DNA of 32,000 nucleotides from Trichodesmium erythraeum IMS101 (GCF_000014265.1 NC_008312.1:3900001-3932000); one strand, 5' to 3'. Shown: positions 1-11,002, numbered from the stretch's first letter. Program-made: numbers and translations. The notes: a model not told the origin generated them from the letters alone.

Positions 1-138
1 GATAACCCTGGGGAGCTAGAAAAAAGTTTAAATAATATTCCTGGAGTTTTGGAAAATGGCTTATTTGTAGGGGTTGCAGATGTAATTTTAGTAGGAGAAA
101 TTGACAATGGAAAACCAATAGTTAGGACAATTTCTTAA
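1..138 (+). CDS. rpiA: ribose-5-phosphate isomerase A, C-terminal fragment (5' end lies outside the window)
   Basis: Frame 1 is open from base 1 to TAA at 136-138. It translates to [45 protein letters not shown], which matches the conserved RpiA C-terminus pattern (IPGVV..GLF....AD..L.G...G) as recalled from E. coli RpiA. Confidence 0.75.
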   Translation, partial: DNPGELEKSLNNIPGVLENGLFVGVADVILVGEIDNGKPIVRTIS

Positions 139-672
139 CAAAAAATATTGAGCCAGACTCTAGAAAATCATATCAACTCTAGGAAGAACAACCGAAGTTT
201 AAAAATTATTGGCAAACCTTTTCCAAGTTGCCAATATATAATTAGTTAACTTTGAAAGGAAAAAAGTTCAAAAAAGTTAGTAAGGAATGAGAATTTTATT
301 ATTTACAAAAATTAAATTCCCCAAACTTCATTAGATATGAGTTCTTTCACAAAAATTCAGAATTTTATTTAATTCTCATTCCTGACTTGTTTAACAAGGA
401 AAAACTGCCTCCCCAGTTAGAACTACTATTTTTATTCTCGTCAATAGTGGTATATTGAAGCGACGTTAAATAAATAATTGACCTCTAAAAATTAGGAAAA
501 TTACTTCTTTTTTTAAGAAAACTATTGACATCCTCCCCTGCTGTTCTGTTAGGGACAGCAGGAACTCTACCGATACGAAGTACCGACTTTGGTTGAGGCT
601 TCACACACAGTGCACAAAGAGAGCGCTGAGTCCTCCGGGTCTATGTTTTGTCTGGTCACTGCCCCCCACAAC

Positions 673-700
673 TAATTAATTGATTAATTAATTAATTAAT
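673..700. repeat. (TAAT)7 tetranucleotide tract (one unit is TGAT)
   Basis: Direct reading gives taat taat tgat taat taat taat taat. This puts stop codons in all frames immediately after the GC-rich island at 531-672. Confidence 0.6.
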
Positions 701-1497
701 GCATGAATAACACAATGTAAAAAAAACAGTTAAAAAGTCGTCTGAGGAGTAGGAAAGGCTTTAAACACAATTTTTCGGAATTGCCTTTACTGTAAAGGTA
801 AGTCATTTATGCTGAAGGTAAAGAGAGAAACTGGAAAAATGCAATACATTTATAACCGGATTTGGTATCATTTGTCCAATACAATACTCTAAAGGGTTAT
901 GGCTGCCCTACTTGTTCAAAGTAATAAATTAGACAGATTTTTTCCATTTTTTAGTCGTGTAATGGATATGGCATGAATTCTTTTAACCAATGATAAATGT
1001 GATAAACATGAAATATAGATCGCATCTGATATGCAAGTTAAAACTTGAAAAATTCCTGAGTCTGTAGAGGTTTTGCTCCCCACAGTGACCGTAGGAGCAC
1101 AAAGTAAAAATTGAAATGTTTAAACTTATGAAGTTTTATATCAGCTTCATAGAGTGGTAAAGACATATAGAACAAACCCCGGTGCGAGCCTACCTAGTGG
1201 ATAAATTCTTGTTTTTAACCATAGACATCTACAAAAAAACCTGGTTTCTGGGTTTGTCTACCCAGTTTGAAAAATAGATATTCCTATATTATTTTCCAGC
1301 CTACGAAAAATTCTGAGAAACTCCACACTAAATTCAATAGCTTTTCTCCAGAAAATAAAATTGGCCAGGGAATGATTAATGATAATTAGCTAATAAAAAA
1401 CCAAAAAATATCTAGATCCAGGGTAAAATCCTCTACTGTAAAGGATTATGAATCATCCAAAATTCTTAATTACACAAAAAATTTCAAATTATTTAAC

Positions 1498-3078
1498 ATG
1501 ATAGATTTATCTACCATTGCAGCTCAACTTAATGCCCGCACCATTCTCCCAGAAGGAATAGTCGTGATCACCCTGCTGGTAGTTCTCGTCGGAGACCTAA
1601 TACTGGGGCGTAGTTCTACTAAATGGACTCCTTATGCCGCCATTGTTGGTCTCTTAGGAGCAATTGTAGCCTTATATACTCAATGGGATAGTAGCAATAC
1701 CATAGGTTTTTTAGGAGCCTTTAATGCCGATGCCCTGAGTATAGCATTTAGAGGCATTATTGCTATATCAGCGATTACTACTATATTAATGTCAGTAGCA
1801 TACATAGAACAAACTGGAACTCCACTAGGAGAATTTATCTGTATTCTGCTAACCGCTACCTTGGGAGCAATGTTCCTATCTGGAGCAGATGAGTTGGTAA
1901 TGATTTTCATTTCTCTAGAAACTCTAAGTATCTCCTCTTATTTATTAACCGGTTATACAAAACGTGATCCTCGTTCTAATGAAGCAGCATTAAAATATTT
2001 ACTCATAGGAGCCGCTAGCTCCGCAATTTTTCTTTATGGCATTTCCCTGCTTTATGGTTTATCCGGTGGAGAAACCAGGTTAACAGCGATCGCTTCTAGT
2101 ATGGCAAATGCTGGTAGTGCTAATATTTCACTAGCCCTCGTCATTGCCTTAGTATTTGCTATTGCAGGTATTTCTTTCAAAATTTCTGCTGTTCCTTTTC
2201 ATCAATGGACTCCAGATGTTTACGAAGGTTCTCCTACTCCAGTTGTGGCCTTTCTTTCAGTGGGTTCTAAAGCAGCAGGTTTTGCCCTAGCCATTCGTCT
2301 TTTAGTAACAGCTTTCCCATTAGTTTCAGAACAATGGCATTTTGTATTTACTGCCCTAGCTATTCTAAGTATGGTATTAGGTAATGTAGTTGCTCTTGCC
2401 CAAACCAGCATGAAACGTCTACTTGCTTACTCATCTATTGGACAAGCTGGTTTTGTGATGATCGGTCTTTTGGCCAATACGGAAGCAGGTTACGCTAGCA
2501 TGATATTTTATCTGCTGGTTTATTTATTTATGAACTTGGGTGGTTTTACCTGTGTGATTTTATTTTCTCTACGTACAGGTACAGACCAAATTAGTGAATA
2601 TGCAGGTCTATACCAAAAAGACCCACTGTTAACATTAGGATTAAGTCTTTGTTTGTTGTCTTTAGGTGGTATACCACCACTTGCAGGTTTCTTTGGTAAA
2701 ATTTATCTGTTTTGGGCAGGCTGGCAAGCTGGATTATATTGGTTAGTTTTATTAGGATTAATTACCAGTGTGGCTTCTATTTACTATTACATTCGTGTGG
2801 TTAAAATGATGGTAGTAAAAGAACCACAAGAAATGTCTGATGTAATTAAAAATTATCCTCCCATTAGCTGGAAACTCCCTGGTATGCGTCCTTTACAAGT
2901 AGGATTAATTTTGTCAGTTCTAGCAACATCTTTAGCTGGAATTTTATCTAACCCTTTATTTACTTTAGCTAATAGTTCTATTGCTAAAACTCCTATGTTA
3001 AATTCAGCTTTAGTCAAGACTGTTGAAGCTAATTCAGTAGCCAGTCAACTAGATTTTTCTTTGCCGTCAAAGAACTAG
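1498..3078 (+). CDS. ndhB: NAD(P)H-quinone oxidoreductase (NDH-1) subunit 2, NdhB
   Basis: 526-codon ORF encoding a polytopic hydrophobic protein. The motifs [32 protein letters not shown] and [37 protein letters not shown] are characteristic of cyanobacterial/plastid NdhB (NuoN family). Confidence 0.95.
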   Translation: MIDLSTIAAQLNARTILPEGIVVITLLVVLVGDLILGRSSTKWTPYAAIVGLLGAIVALYTQWDSSNTIGFLGAFNADALSIAFRGIIAISAITTILMSVAYIEQTGTPLGEFICILLTATLGAMFLSGADELVMIFISLETLSISSYLLTGYTKRDPRSNEAALKYLLIGAASSAIFLYGISLLYGLSGGETRLTAIASSMANAGSANISLALVIALVFAIAGISFKISAVPFHQWTPDVYEGSPTPVVAFLSVGSKAAGFALAIRLLVTAFPLVSEQWHFVFTALAILSMVLGNVVALAQTSMKRLLAYSSIGQAGFVMIGLLANTEAGYASMIFYLLVYLFMNLGGFTCVILFSLRTGTDQISEYAGLYQKDPLLTLGLSLCLLSLGGIPPLAGFFGKIYLFWAGWQAGLYWLVLLGLITSVASIYYYIRVVKMMVVKEPQEMSDVIKNYPPISWKLPGMRPLQVGLILSVLATSLAGILSNPLFTLANSSIAKTPMLNSALVKTVEANSVASQLDFSLPSKN

Positions 3079-3121
3079 TTGAAGTTGTTTGGAGTAAATA
3101 AACTAAGTTCAGAACGAGAAA

Positions 3122-3156
3122 TGTTCGACTTAATTTTAGTCGAGCATTTTTTATTT
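3122..3156 (+). terminator. putative intrinsic terminator of ndhB
   Basis: 9-bp stem tgttcgact/agtcgagca (one G-U pair) with a 7-nt loop, followed by TTTTTTATTT, about 45 nt after the ndhB stop. Confidence 0.6.
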
Positions 3157-3268
3157 ACCTAGTTTTAATTGAGCAATTTAGGATAGGGTCGCGCAACAGC
3201 GGCAATAATAAGGCTTTTTGATTTTGGAGGGTTCTTTAAAGTTACCATTAAAATAACTTGGTGCCTTC

Positions 3269-3289
3269 TGAGTTATGAGTTCTGAGTTC
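3269..3289. repeat. STRR-like tandem heptamer (TGAGTTN x3)
   Basis: tgagtta tgagttc tgagttc read directly. Short tandem heptamers are typical of heterocystous cyanobacterial intergenic DNA. Confidence 0.4.
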
Positions 3290-3537
3290 CTTAAAACACC
3301 ACTGTATTTTTTGTAGCGAATATCTCAGATAATCACAAATAAATTATAAATTAATAAATAGGATTTAGATAGAGATCTGATTTATCAACAAAATTTCGTG
3401 ATTTTAATAATAATAATCAGGACGATCAACCTTTTTTTTGTTTAGGTGTGTAAGTCCTGAGAAATTTAATTGTTTATGGCGACCTATACTAACTGAATTT
3501 ACAAATAATCAGATTAATTAATCGAAACTAAGAAATA

Positions 3538-3972
3538 CTATGCTAAAACTTTGAGAGCTTCTGGTTTAACAATAACTTTAACTCCTGATTTGACTTTAAT
3601 ATGCCACGTACCATTAGGTAATTGATTTAGTAATTCTACAGGTTTACCTTGATCTGCTTCTAATTGTTGGTTGGGAGAATTAACTAAAACAACAGTGCTT
3701 GATGATTGATTTAGAGATGTTAGGTTGTTAGGTACAGGAGAAGTTAGACTAGAAGAGTAATCTGAAAGATTTGCTAACTGCATCCTTAGTTGGGTGAGTT
3801 TTTTTTGTAGTTCTTGATTTTCTTGTTGATACTCTTGTGCTTTCACTGTTAGTTCTTGATTTTCCTGAGTTAATCTTTGAACTTCTAATTTTAATCTCTG
3901 AACTTCTACACATTCATTAATACTAACATTACAAGCTTTTGCTATAACTTTTTTAATTAGAGGACTATACAT
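3538..3972 (-). CDS. hypothetical coiled-coil protein (144 aa)
   Basis: Isolated ORF with a heptad-like Q/E/L-rich segment (QRLKLEVQRLTQENQELTVKAQEYQQENQELQKKLTQLRMQL) and a small beta-rich-looking C-terminus. I recognise no family. Confidence 0.45.
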   Translation of the reverse strand: MYSPLIKKVIAKACNVSINECVEVQRLKLEVQRLTQENQELTVKAQEYQQENQELQKKLTQLRMQLANLSDYSSSLTSPVPNNLTSLNQSSSTVVLVNSPNQQLEADQGKPVELLNQLPNGTWHIKVKSGVKVIVKPEALKVLA

Positions 3973-5489
3973 AATCTTTCAAAAACCAATTAGAGTTAAT
4001 TCTTTTCATTGATACAGAAGTTATCCTTTTCTTCGACTTCCCTTACCTTTTCTTAATAATATTCTATTTTTCCTATAGAGTAGGTTACCCCTTATAAGAT
4101 TTTAATGTGATTCAAATCACTCTAAAAATTATGGGTCGGTTTGGAGATAACTTTTTTTGATGATATTACTTTTAGGGACAATCAATAGACCTTTTTTGAT
4201 ATTAATTAATTCATACTTAGATATATTTATAAAGGCTTAAGTTAATTTATAGGTACTTCTACCTGTTATTACCTAATTAATCCGGAAAAAAAAATTAATT
4301 TCAACAAGTTAAAAGAGTTAATATAAATTAATAATTTGTATATCCCCTTCATTTCTTATATTTTATATAATCTTTGCATATTATATCTGTTTTGTCAACC
4401 TAATTTTGGGGAGATAGTTTTTCTTTTTAGTGCAATATAACTCATTAACCCTTATAGTTGATTATACTACTGTGCATAGTAAATACGATTGATTTTAATA
4501 TTATTTAGCATTTCGTTAAAGCTATTCTTTTTATATATATGATTCAAAGAATCGACTATTTTTTCTGAAATAAATAAGATGAGGTAAGTTTTGATGTTTA
4601 CCCTCAAAAGCAAGGAAAATTAACTTTTTTTAAAATAATTTAAATTATATATAATCAAAATTTTTATTTTCGGTTTTGTAGTAAATGTTTATTAAGCTGA
4701 GAATTATACTAATTCTCAAAAATAATGCAAGACCCTCCTCAAGGCTTCAGTCCGGTAAACAAGAGTAATCTTTTTAAAGATTCGTTTGTCAAAAGCAACC
4801 GTTACTAATTCCATTAGTCAAACCAACCATATCTAAGAACTTTTTGTAGAATGCCCTACCTGCTCTCAAGAAAATACAGCAAGACTTTTGAGATTGAAGT
4901 GCGACTCGTTGGCCACTAAGCCTTTAATTAGGATATAAATGGCCGTTTTAAATCAATACATGGGATACCCCGATTTGGAATAACTCTTATTACCTTGATG
5001 GTGAAATTCCATCCACCTTGTTGTTAGGTTGACAGCGTAGACCACAGGGTAGCGACTGAACATCAATCCCTGAAGCTGGTTTAAAAGCGGGAAAATACTA
5101 GTTACCAAAGGACGATACCGCGAGCAAAGGTTGACAAGTGGACGAACAGGAAGGTAATCAAACTCTCGTGACAAACAACCATTCCAAAGGTAGCTAAGGG
5201 ATGTAGGACGAAAGTCAGAGGGTTAATGGGCATAGATATTTCGTTGTTTATGTCAACAACCATGTCAAACCCTCCGGGAGAATTTACCCCACTAAATCAA
5301 TCGCAATAAAGGGATAAGGGAACGAGGAAACCTCTTTAAGACACCTAAGTAAATAGGTCGAAAGCTTAGGAAGCCATTCAAGGTCAATCTACACAAAAGT
5401 TGTAGGTCTTAAGGAGAATAGGATTGAGTAAGAAGCATATTAATGCAGACGTACTCACTGTTAGACGTAATGTAAAGTAATGACTAGCT

Positions 5490-7395
5490 ATGAACAAAGC
5501 TAAAACCCTAAAAAGAAATTTAGAAAATCCTAAACCATTTTTAAGCGTAGTATGGGATACAAACGATATACCAGACCTATGTAGTGTCAATCCCAATCTC
5601 AAATGGAAAGACATTAACTGGAAGAAGGTAGAAAAGTATGTATTTAAGTTGCAAAAGTTAATTTACAGAGCATCCAGCCGTGGCGAAATCCGCAAAATGC
5701 ATAAATACCAAAAACTTCTGACCAAAAGTTACTATGCCTTGTTGCTAGCTGTTAGGCGTGTGACTCAGGACAACCAGGGAAAGAAAACTGCTGGTATAGA
5801 TGGCATAAAAAGCCTTCCCCCAATGCAGAGATTTAACTTGGTAGAAATGTTAAGGTCACGACATCTTAAAGCAAGCCCAACCCGTAGAGTCTGGATACCA
5901 AAACCAGGTAGAGAAGAAAAACGCCCATTAGGCATACCCACTATGTACGATAGAGCACTTCAAGCACTGGTAAAGTTAGGCATGGAACCAGAATGGGAGG
6001 CACTTTTTGAGCCTAATAGTTATGGTATTTTCCGGAGGTCAACACATGATGCTATTGCAGCAATCTATGTCAGCATTAACCAAAAAACAAAATATGTTTT
6101 AGATGCTGACATATCCAAATGTTTTGACCGAATTAACCATGATGTACTGATGGGAAAAATTGGAAAATCTCCATACAGACGATTAATCAAACAATGGTTA
6201 AAGTCTGGAGTATTCGACAATAAACAATTCTCAAACACTGTGGAAGGTACACCACAGGGAGGGGTAATATCACCTTTGCTAGCAAACATCGCCCTACACG
6301 GGGAAAGAAAAATGCCTAGAAGATTACGCTGAAACCCTCCCAGGGACAAAACGCGATAATAAAAGAGGATTATCCATAATACGATATGCTGATGACTTTG
6401 TAATCTTACACAAAGACATCAAAGTACTGTTACAAGCAAAAACCGTAATACAGGAATGGTTAAACCAGGTAGGATTAGAACTAAAACCAGAAAAGACCAA
6501 AATTGCCCACACCTTAGAGGAATATGAAGGGAATAAACCTGGATTTGACTTTTTAGGATTTAATGTTAGGCAATATAAGGTTAAGACAACCAAAAAAGGG
6601 TTCAAAACACTGATTAAGCCGTCCTCTAAGAGTATAAAAACTCATTACCGGAAGCTGGCGTATATATGTGACATATACAAAACCGCTCCTACAAAAGTTT
6701 TAATAGCTAAACTTAATCCGGTAATCAGAGGATGGGCCAATTACTTTTCCACCGTAGTCAGTAAAGAGGTATATAGTAAATTAGATTGCCTCCTATGGAA
6801 AAGACTAGGTCAATGGGCAAGTAGACGGCATCCAAACAAGTCAGCCAAATGGGTTAAAAATAAGTATTTTCCTCGCTACAAAGTCACCAGAAACTGGTTA
6901 CTTAACGACGGCGAATATATACTTAACCAACACTCAGATGTTGCCATAGAAAGACACATCAAGGTAAAAGGTAATAAATCCCCATTAGACGGCGATTGGA
7001 CTTATTGGAGCAGTAGAATCGGTAAACACCCAGGTGTTAGGAAAGAAGTTACAACGCTGTTAAAACGGCAAAAGAATAAATGCGCATTTTGTGGGTTAAC
7101 CTTCAGATCAAACGACCTCATGGAAGTTGACCATATAAAACCAAGATCTGAAGACGGTGATAACTCAATTAAAAACAAGCAACTGTTACACCGACATTGC
7201 CATGATACTAAAACTGCTTTAGATAATAAAACATACACAAGACCTAAGTTACAGGACTTACCTGATGAATACCTATGGGTGAATGATATGTTAATTCTAA
7301 AACAGGGATGTACCTATGAAAAAGGACGTCTAAGAGAGGAGCCGGATGAGGTGAAAGTCTCACGTCCGGTTTTGAAGACGAGCCGGGTAAGGTAA
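5490..7395 (+). pseudogene. group II intron-encoded protein (reverse transcriptase / maturase X / HNH endonuclease), interrupted by one frameshift
   Basis: 5490-6332 encodes the RT motifs TAGIDG, RRVWIPKPGREEKRPLGIPTMYDRALQ, LDADISKCFDRINH and GTPQGGVISPLLANIALHG. The continuation is open only in the +1 frame from 6283 to 7395. It reads EKCLEDYAE..IIRYADDFVILH, RGWANYF, and the HNH CAFCG..EVDHIKPRSEDGDNS..NKQLLHRHCHDTKT. The frames switch near the G4/A-runs at about 6297-6315. Confidence 0.85.
7339..7372 (+). ncRNA. group II intron catalytic domain V
   Basis: GAGCCGGATGAGGTGAAAGTCTCACGTCCGGTTT forms a 34-nt hairpin with a GAAA tetraloop, a 2-nt bulge and the AGC triad, matching the domain V consensus. 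Confidence 0.85.
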
Positions 7396-7418
7396 CTTAC
7401 CTGGCGAATGTTTAACTA

Positions 7419-9845
7419 TTACCTAACACTATCTGGAAACTCAGCCTTTAAGTTAGGTAAAACTGAACAAGGTTTTTGTTGTTGTAAATTTTCTGGTTTG
7501 TTCCAGGTAAAAGGTGCTTGTTTGGCAGCAGACATCCACAACAGCTGTTTTGCTCTAGTCATTGCCACATATAATAACCGAAATTCCTCAGCCATTTTCA
7601 AATATCCTGCTTGTTCCCAAGCTTTAGAAATATCTGGAAAATTTTCCTGTTGCAAGCTTGCGCGAATTTGTGCCCTTGCCACTTCAGTTAAGTCAAAATC
7701 TCCCAAAAATTTAGCCTGAGGCAATACTCGTAAATTACCAGGAATTATATTTTCATGCAAAAAAGGTAAAAATACAAAATCCCAATCTAAACCCTTAGCT
7801 TTGTGCATAGTAATAATAGTAATTTGTTCAGAACGAGTATAATATTTATCTGCATTTTCCCCAACTTCTACAGATTCAAATCTCTCAGAACTTACAATTT
7901 CATTTAACACTTCTAAAATAGCATTCATCGAACTATTACCAGCAGTTTGTTTAGCAACTCTTTCTGCTAACTTATCTGCAGTTGCCAAATCTGACTGTTC
8001 ATAGTTTAATACTAAGGCTAGAAAAGAAATTAAATTATATAAAGGCAATTCAGATTTTGCTCTGAGTAAACTACGACAAAAATTACGACATTCACGTACT
8101 TTTTCTGATTGATATGGGTCGAGAGGACCTGGATAAAGAAATTTTTCTAATTGAGAGGCAAAAGAATTATAATCTTGCTGAGGAATTAACTTATGATTGC
8201 CCAAAACTTTCAAAGCCGACTTTAAATAATCTGGAGAATGGGGGCGGTGAATAAATTGTATTAATGCTAATATTTCTTCCGGAATTTGAGAGGGACGTGC
8301 CCCTTGAGAAACATCATGTATTTTAATACCATATTTTCCTAAATCAATATCTACTCCATATTTTCCAGGATTACTAAAAGTATCTGCGATAAATTTGCCT
8401 TGTTTATTTTCCCGTACTAATACAGCAAATTTACCTTGAGGATTTTCTTTAAACAAACTAATTATACGTTTACCCATCAACTCAAGTGTTTGATAAATAT
8501 TATCAGGTTCATGTATTTCTAAACCACCACCAATAGCTGGAGGGTTATTATTATTATTATTTCCTGATTCTTTCTCTTCTACAGGCTGAATATTTTGGTC
8601 TCGAAATGGTTTTTCATTTCCTGCTAATTTTAAATTATTTACCCATTTCAAAACAAAATTAGCTGCATCTATAATAATTTTACAACTGCGGCCTGCTTGT
8701 TCCATAACTGCCATTTTTTTTAACTGTTCACAGTCTTCACAAAATCGCCGAAAGTATATTGGATCTGCTGGGGTAAATGTCGAATTAATTGCTTGGTTTG
8801 GATCTCCCACACGCATCAGATTTAGATGACTTAATTTTGATAATCTTTGATATTGGGAAATTAAATTACAATTTAAGTTACTATCATTATATTCACTAGA
8901 TGTAGCGAGTATTTCTAATAATTTTGTTTGCAAAGGTGTAGAATCTTGAGCTTCATCTTCAAACACGGCAAATACTCTATTTTGCCACATTTTTCTAGCA
9001 CTTTCATTTTGCAATACTCGTAAAGCTGCTAAAATCATTTCATCGTAGTCAATTAATTGATGTTCCTTTAATATTTTCTGATATGTTTGATATAAACTAG
9101 CAGCAATAGTCAAAACTTGATAATTATCATTCTTTTGGCTTTGTAGTTGCCATAAATCTTCAGGTTTAAGACCAGAACTTTTAGCCTGTTGAATTGCTTT
9201 CCAAGCTAATTGAGGTAAAACTTCAGTACGTAAAACTGACTGCCTTCTTAAACATTCCGTTTCTTCTCCATCAAATTTAATTCCTTTAATTAAAAGTTGA
9301 TAATGTTTCGGATTATTGGCTATCCAATTTTCTACACAAGCACGAGTTATTTTATTGCTAGGAGTAGGCATAATTAAATTATAATTTTCTAAATCTAACT
9401 CAGATAATTCAGGATGACCTACGGCAATACTTAAAGCTAAACCGTGCAAAGTATGAACAATAAAACTACTTTCAAAACTGCCTTTAGGTAAAGATAATTC
9501 CTCTAAACATTGTTTGTTAATTTGAGCTTTAATATTAGTAGCTGCCGAACGGGTAAAAGTAACAATAATTAATTGATGGTGGCTATGTAATTGATAACGG
9601 GCGATCGTTAAAGCTGCTGCTATTGCCATACCATAGGATTTTCCGGATCCAGGAACTGCCGATACTGCCAAAGGTCCCCCTTGCCAGTTGGCCATTTGTT
9701 GTTGTCCTGGTCGCAAATAAGAACAAACTTTTGGAATTACTTGTTTTCTTAAAGTTGCTATAGATAAGTCATTTTCTGTGCTTGTAGCACTCGTTTTAAT
9801 ATCAGCAGATGGAGGTGTAAAATTATCGTTAAAATTGTCAGTCAC
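7419..9845 (-). CDS. UvrD/Rep/PcrA-family (SF1) ATP-dependent DNA helicase
   Basis: 808-codon ORF with Walker A AVPGSGKSYG, motif II FEDEAQDS, and the C-terminal motifs TMHKAKGLDWDFVFLP and YVAMTRAKQLLW typical of UvrD-like helicase C-domains. Confidence 0.85.
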   Translation of the reverse strand: MTDNFNDNFTPPSADIKTSATSTENDLSIATLRKQVIPKVCSYLRPGQQQMANWQGGPLAVSAVPGSGKSYGMAIAAALTIARYQLHSHHQLIIVTFTRSAATNIKAQINKQCLEELSLPKGSFESSFIVHTLHGLALSIAVGHPELSELDLENYNLIMPTPSNKITRACVENWIANNPKHYQLLIKGIKFDGEETECLRRQSVLRTEVLPQLAWKAIQQAKSSGLKPEDLWQLQSQKNDNYQVLTIAASLYQTYQKILKEHQLIDYDEMILAALRVLQNESARKMWQNRVFAVFEDEAQDSTPLQTKLLEILATSSEYNDSNLNCNLISQYQRLSKLSHLNLMRVGDPNQAINSTFTPADPIYFRRFCEDCEQLKKMAVMEQAGRSCKIIIDAANFVLKWVNNLKLAGNEKPFRDQNIQPVEEKESGNNNNNNPPAIGGGLEIHEPDNIYQTLELMGKRIISLFKENPQGKFAVLVRENKQGKFIADTFSNPGKYGVDIDLGKYGIKIHDVSQGARPSQIPEEILALIQFIHRPHSPDYLKSALKVLGNHKLIPQQDYNSFASQLEKFLYPGPLDPYQSEKVRECRNFCRSLLRAKSELPLYNLISFLALVLNYEQSDLATADKLAERVAKQTAGNSSMNAILEVLNEIVSSERFESVEVGENADKYYTRSEQITIITMHKAKGLDWDFVFLPFLHENIIPGNLRVLPQAKFLGDFDLTEVARAQIRASLQQENFPDISKAWEQAGYLKMAEEFRLLYVAMTRAKQLLWMSAAKQAPFTWNKPENLQQQKPCSVLPNLKAEFPDSVR

Positions 9846-9898
9846 TTTATTCTCAATCGAAATTTAGCAATAAATATTAATGTTTCTTTTTTTATAAT

Positions 9899-11002
9899 TT
9901 AATCTATTTTAGCTACAGGAAAACGAAGGTAAAAAGTTGTACCTTTGCCTATAATTGATTCAAAACAAATCTCTCCCCCGTGGGCATCAACAATTGTTTT
10001 CACAATAGCAGTTCCTAATCCTATACCACCCTGTTTTCCATAACTTACAAAAGGTTTAAATAAACTATTCTTAATTTCCTCAGGAATACCAGATCCATTA
10101 TCCGAGAATGTAATTTCAACCCATGGCTCTTTTCTTTTAGCTTTAATTTCTATCTGGCCTTTATCTTTATTTACAGCTTCTACAGCATTAGCTAATAAAT
10201 TTTGTAGGGCACGGTTAATTTTGTTTTCATCAGCATTTATGATCAAACTCTCTTCAAAAGAAACTATTAACTCTACAAAAGTCGAATCAATATAAACCTG
10301 GTTTAATTTTTGAAAGTTTTGTAATAGCTTGGCTATGTCAACTTGCCGAGAGTATAGTTTTGTATTTCCCTGAGAAAAAGCAAGCACTTCTTCTGCCATA
10401 TTTAACATCCTCTGAACTTGCATAGAAATTAAATCGCACCACTCTTGACTTTCTTGATCTGGATGGAGTTCTTTTAACATGGAACTTGATAGTTGAATGC
10501 CAGTAAAAGGGCTTCTAAAATCATGAATAATAGTGTTGACCATCTCTCCAATTAAAGTCATTTTTTCTTTATAAGCTAATTGGTTGACATATTCCGTTGT
10601 TATGCTGCGCAGCCTTTGAGATAAAATACTTAATATCTTTAAAACAACATCCCCTTGTGTTTCAGCTAATATATCGATTATATGGTCATAGTAAATTTGA
10701 GCTACAGTTGTTTCCCTAAGTGCAACTACCCTACAACTCCTTGGCTGTCTATCTATAATTCCCAATTCGCCAAAAAAATCATTTGATTTAATTGATGTAA
10801 TTATAATATAATTATCACATTCCTCACTTTTTTTACTGACTAGAGCTTCACCTTCGAGAATTAAGAATAAGGCATCTGAATTATTGCCTTGGTCAACAAG
10901 AATATCCTGGGGACTAAATTTTTTAATAATAGCAAATTGGGAAATTTTGGCAACTTTATCTTTCCCAAAATAGCGAATAAATTGATGTTCTTCTAGTTTC
11001 AT
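9899..11002 (-). CDS. cyclic-nucleotide-binding domain-containing sensor histidine kinase (soluble)
   Basis: N-terminal cNMP-binding signature FFGELGIIDRQPRSCRVVA, H-box HDFRSPF, N-box NLLANAVEA, and G-boxes SDNGSGIP and GGIGLGTAIV. No hydrophobic TM segment. It lies 53 nt upstream of the helicase on the same strand. Confidence 0.85.
   Translation of the reverse strand: MKLEEHQFIRYFGKDKVAKISQFAIIKKFSPQDILVDQGNNSDALFLILEGEALVSKKSEECDNYIIITSIKSNDFFGELGIIDRQPRSCRVVALRETTVAQIYYDHIIDILAETQGDVVLKILSILSQRLRSITTEYVNQLAYKEKMTLIGEMVNTIIHDFRSPFTGIQLSSSMLKELHPDQESQEWCDLISMQVQRMLNMAEEVLAFSQGNTKLYSRQVDIAKLLQNFQKLNQVYIDSTFVELIVSFEESLIINADENKINRALQNLLANAVEAVNKDKGQIEIKAKRKEPWVEITFSDNGSGIPEEIKNSLFKPFVSYGKQGGIGLGTAIVKTIVDAHGGEICFESIIGKGTTFYLRFPVAKID

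Larger units (their letters stand above)
4899..7409 (+). mobile_element. group II intron (retroelement) with an internal RT-maturase-HNH ORF, located outside any host ORF
   Basis: 5' GTGCGAC at 4899 fits the GUGYG consensus. It is followed by ~590 nt of stop-rich, GC-richer, structured-looking sequence, then an internal RT ORF. A textbook domain V lies at 7339-7372 and a 10-bp domain VI helix at 7382-7391/7396-7405 with a GTAA loop. The 3' end reads ...GAAT. The 3' boundary is uncertain by about 10 nt (7409-7418). Confidence 0.85.

Noticed and set aside
531-672. Possibility that the GC-rich island is 6S RNA, RNase P RNA, tmRNA or SRP RNA
   Set aside because: The 5' and 3' ends are not complementary as a 6S-type rod requires, and none of the signature sequences I recall for these RNAs is present. 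I kept it only as an unclassified candidate.
1680-2411. Minus-strand ORFs 1680-1910 and 2220-2411 inside ndhB
   Set aside because: They are antisense shadow ORFs within a very strongly supported CDS, and their products have no recognisable features.
4953-7238. Minus-strand ORFs 4953-5174, 5384-5614, 6065-6349, 6324-6605 and 7002-7238
   Set aside because: All lie antisense within the group II intron ribozyme or IEP sequence. The translations are low-quality, and the + strand carries the real RT/maturase/HNH signal.
7408-7719. + strand ORF of 103 aa overlapping the helicase 3' end
   Set aside because: It is a shadow ORF of the helicase gene. Its Cys/Phe-rich translation looks implausible, and it starts within the intron/helicase junction.
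9846-9898. Functional coupling of the cNMP-binding histidine kinase and the UvrD-like helicase (53-nt gap, same strand)
   Set aside because: Co-transcription is plausible. I have no sequence evidence for a functional link, so adjacency alone is insufficient.
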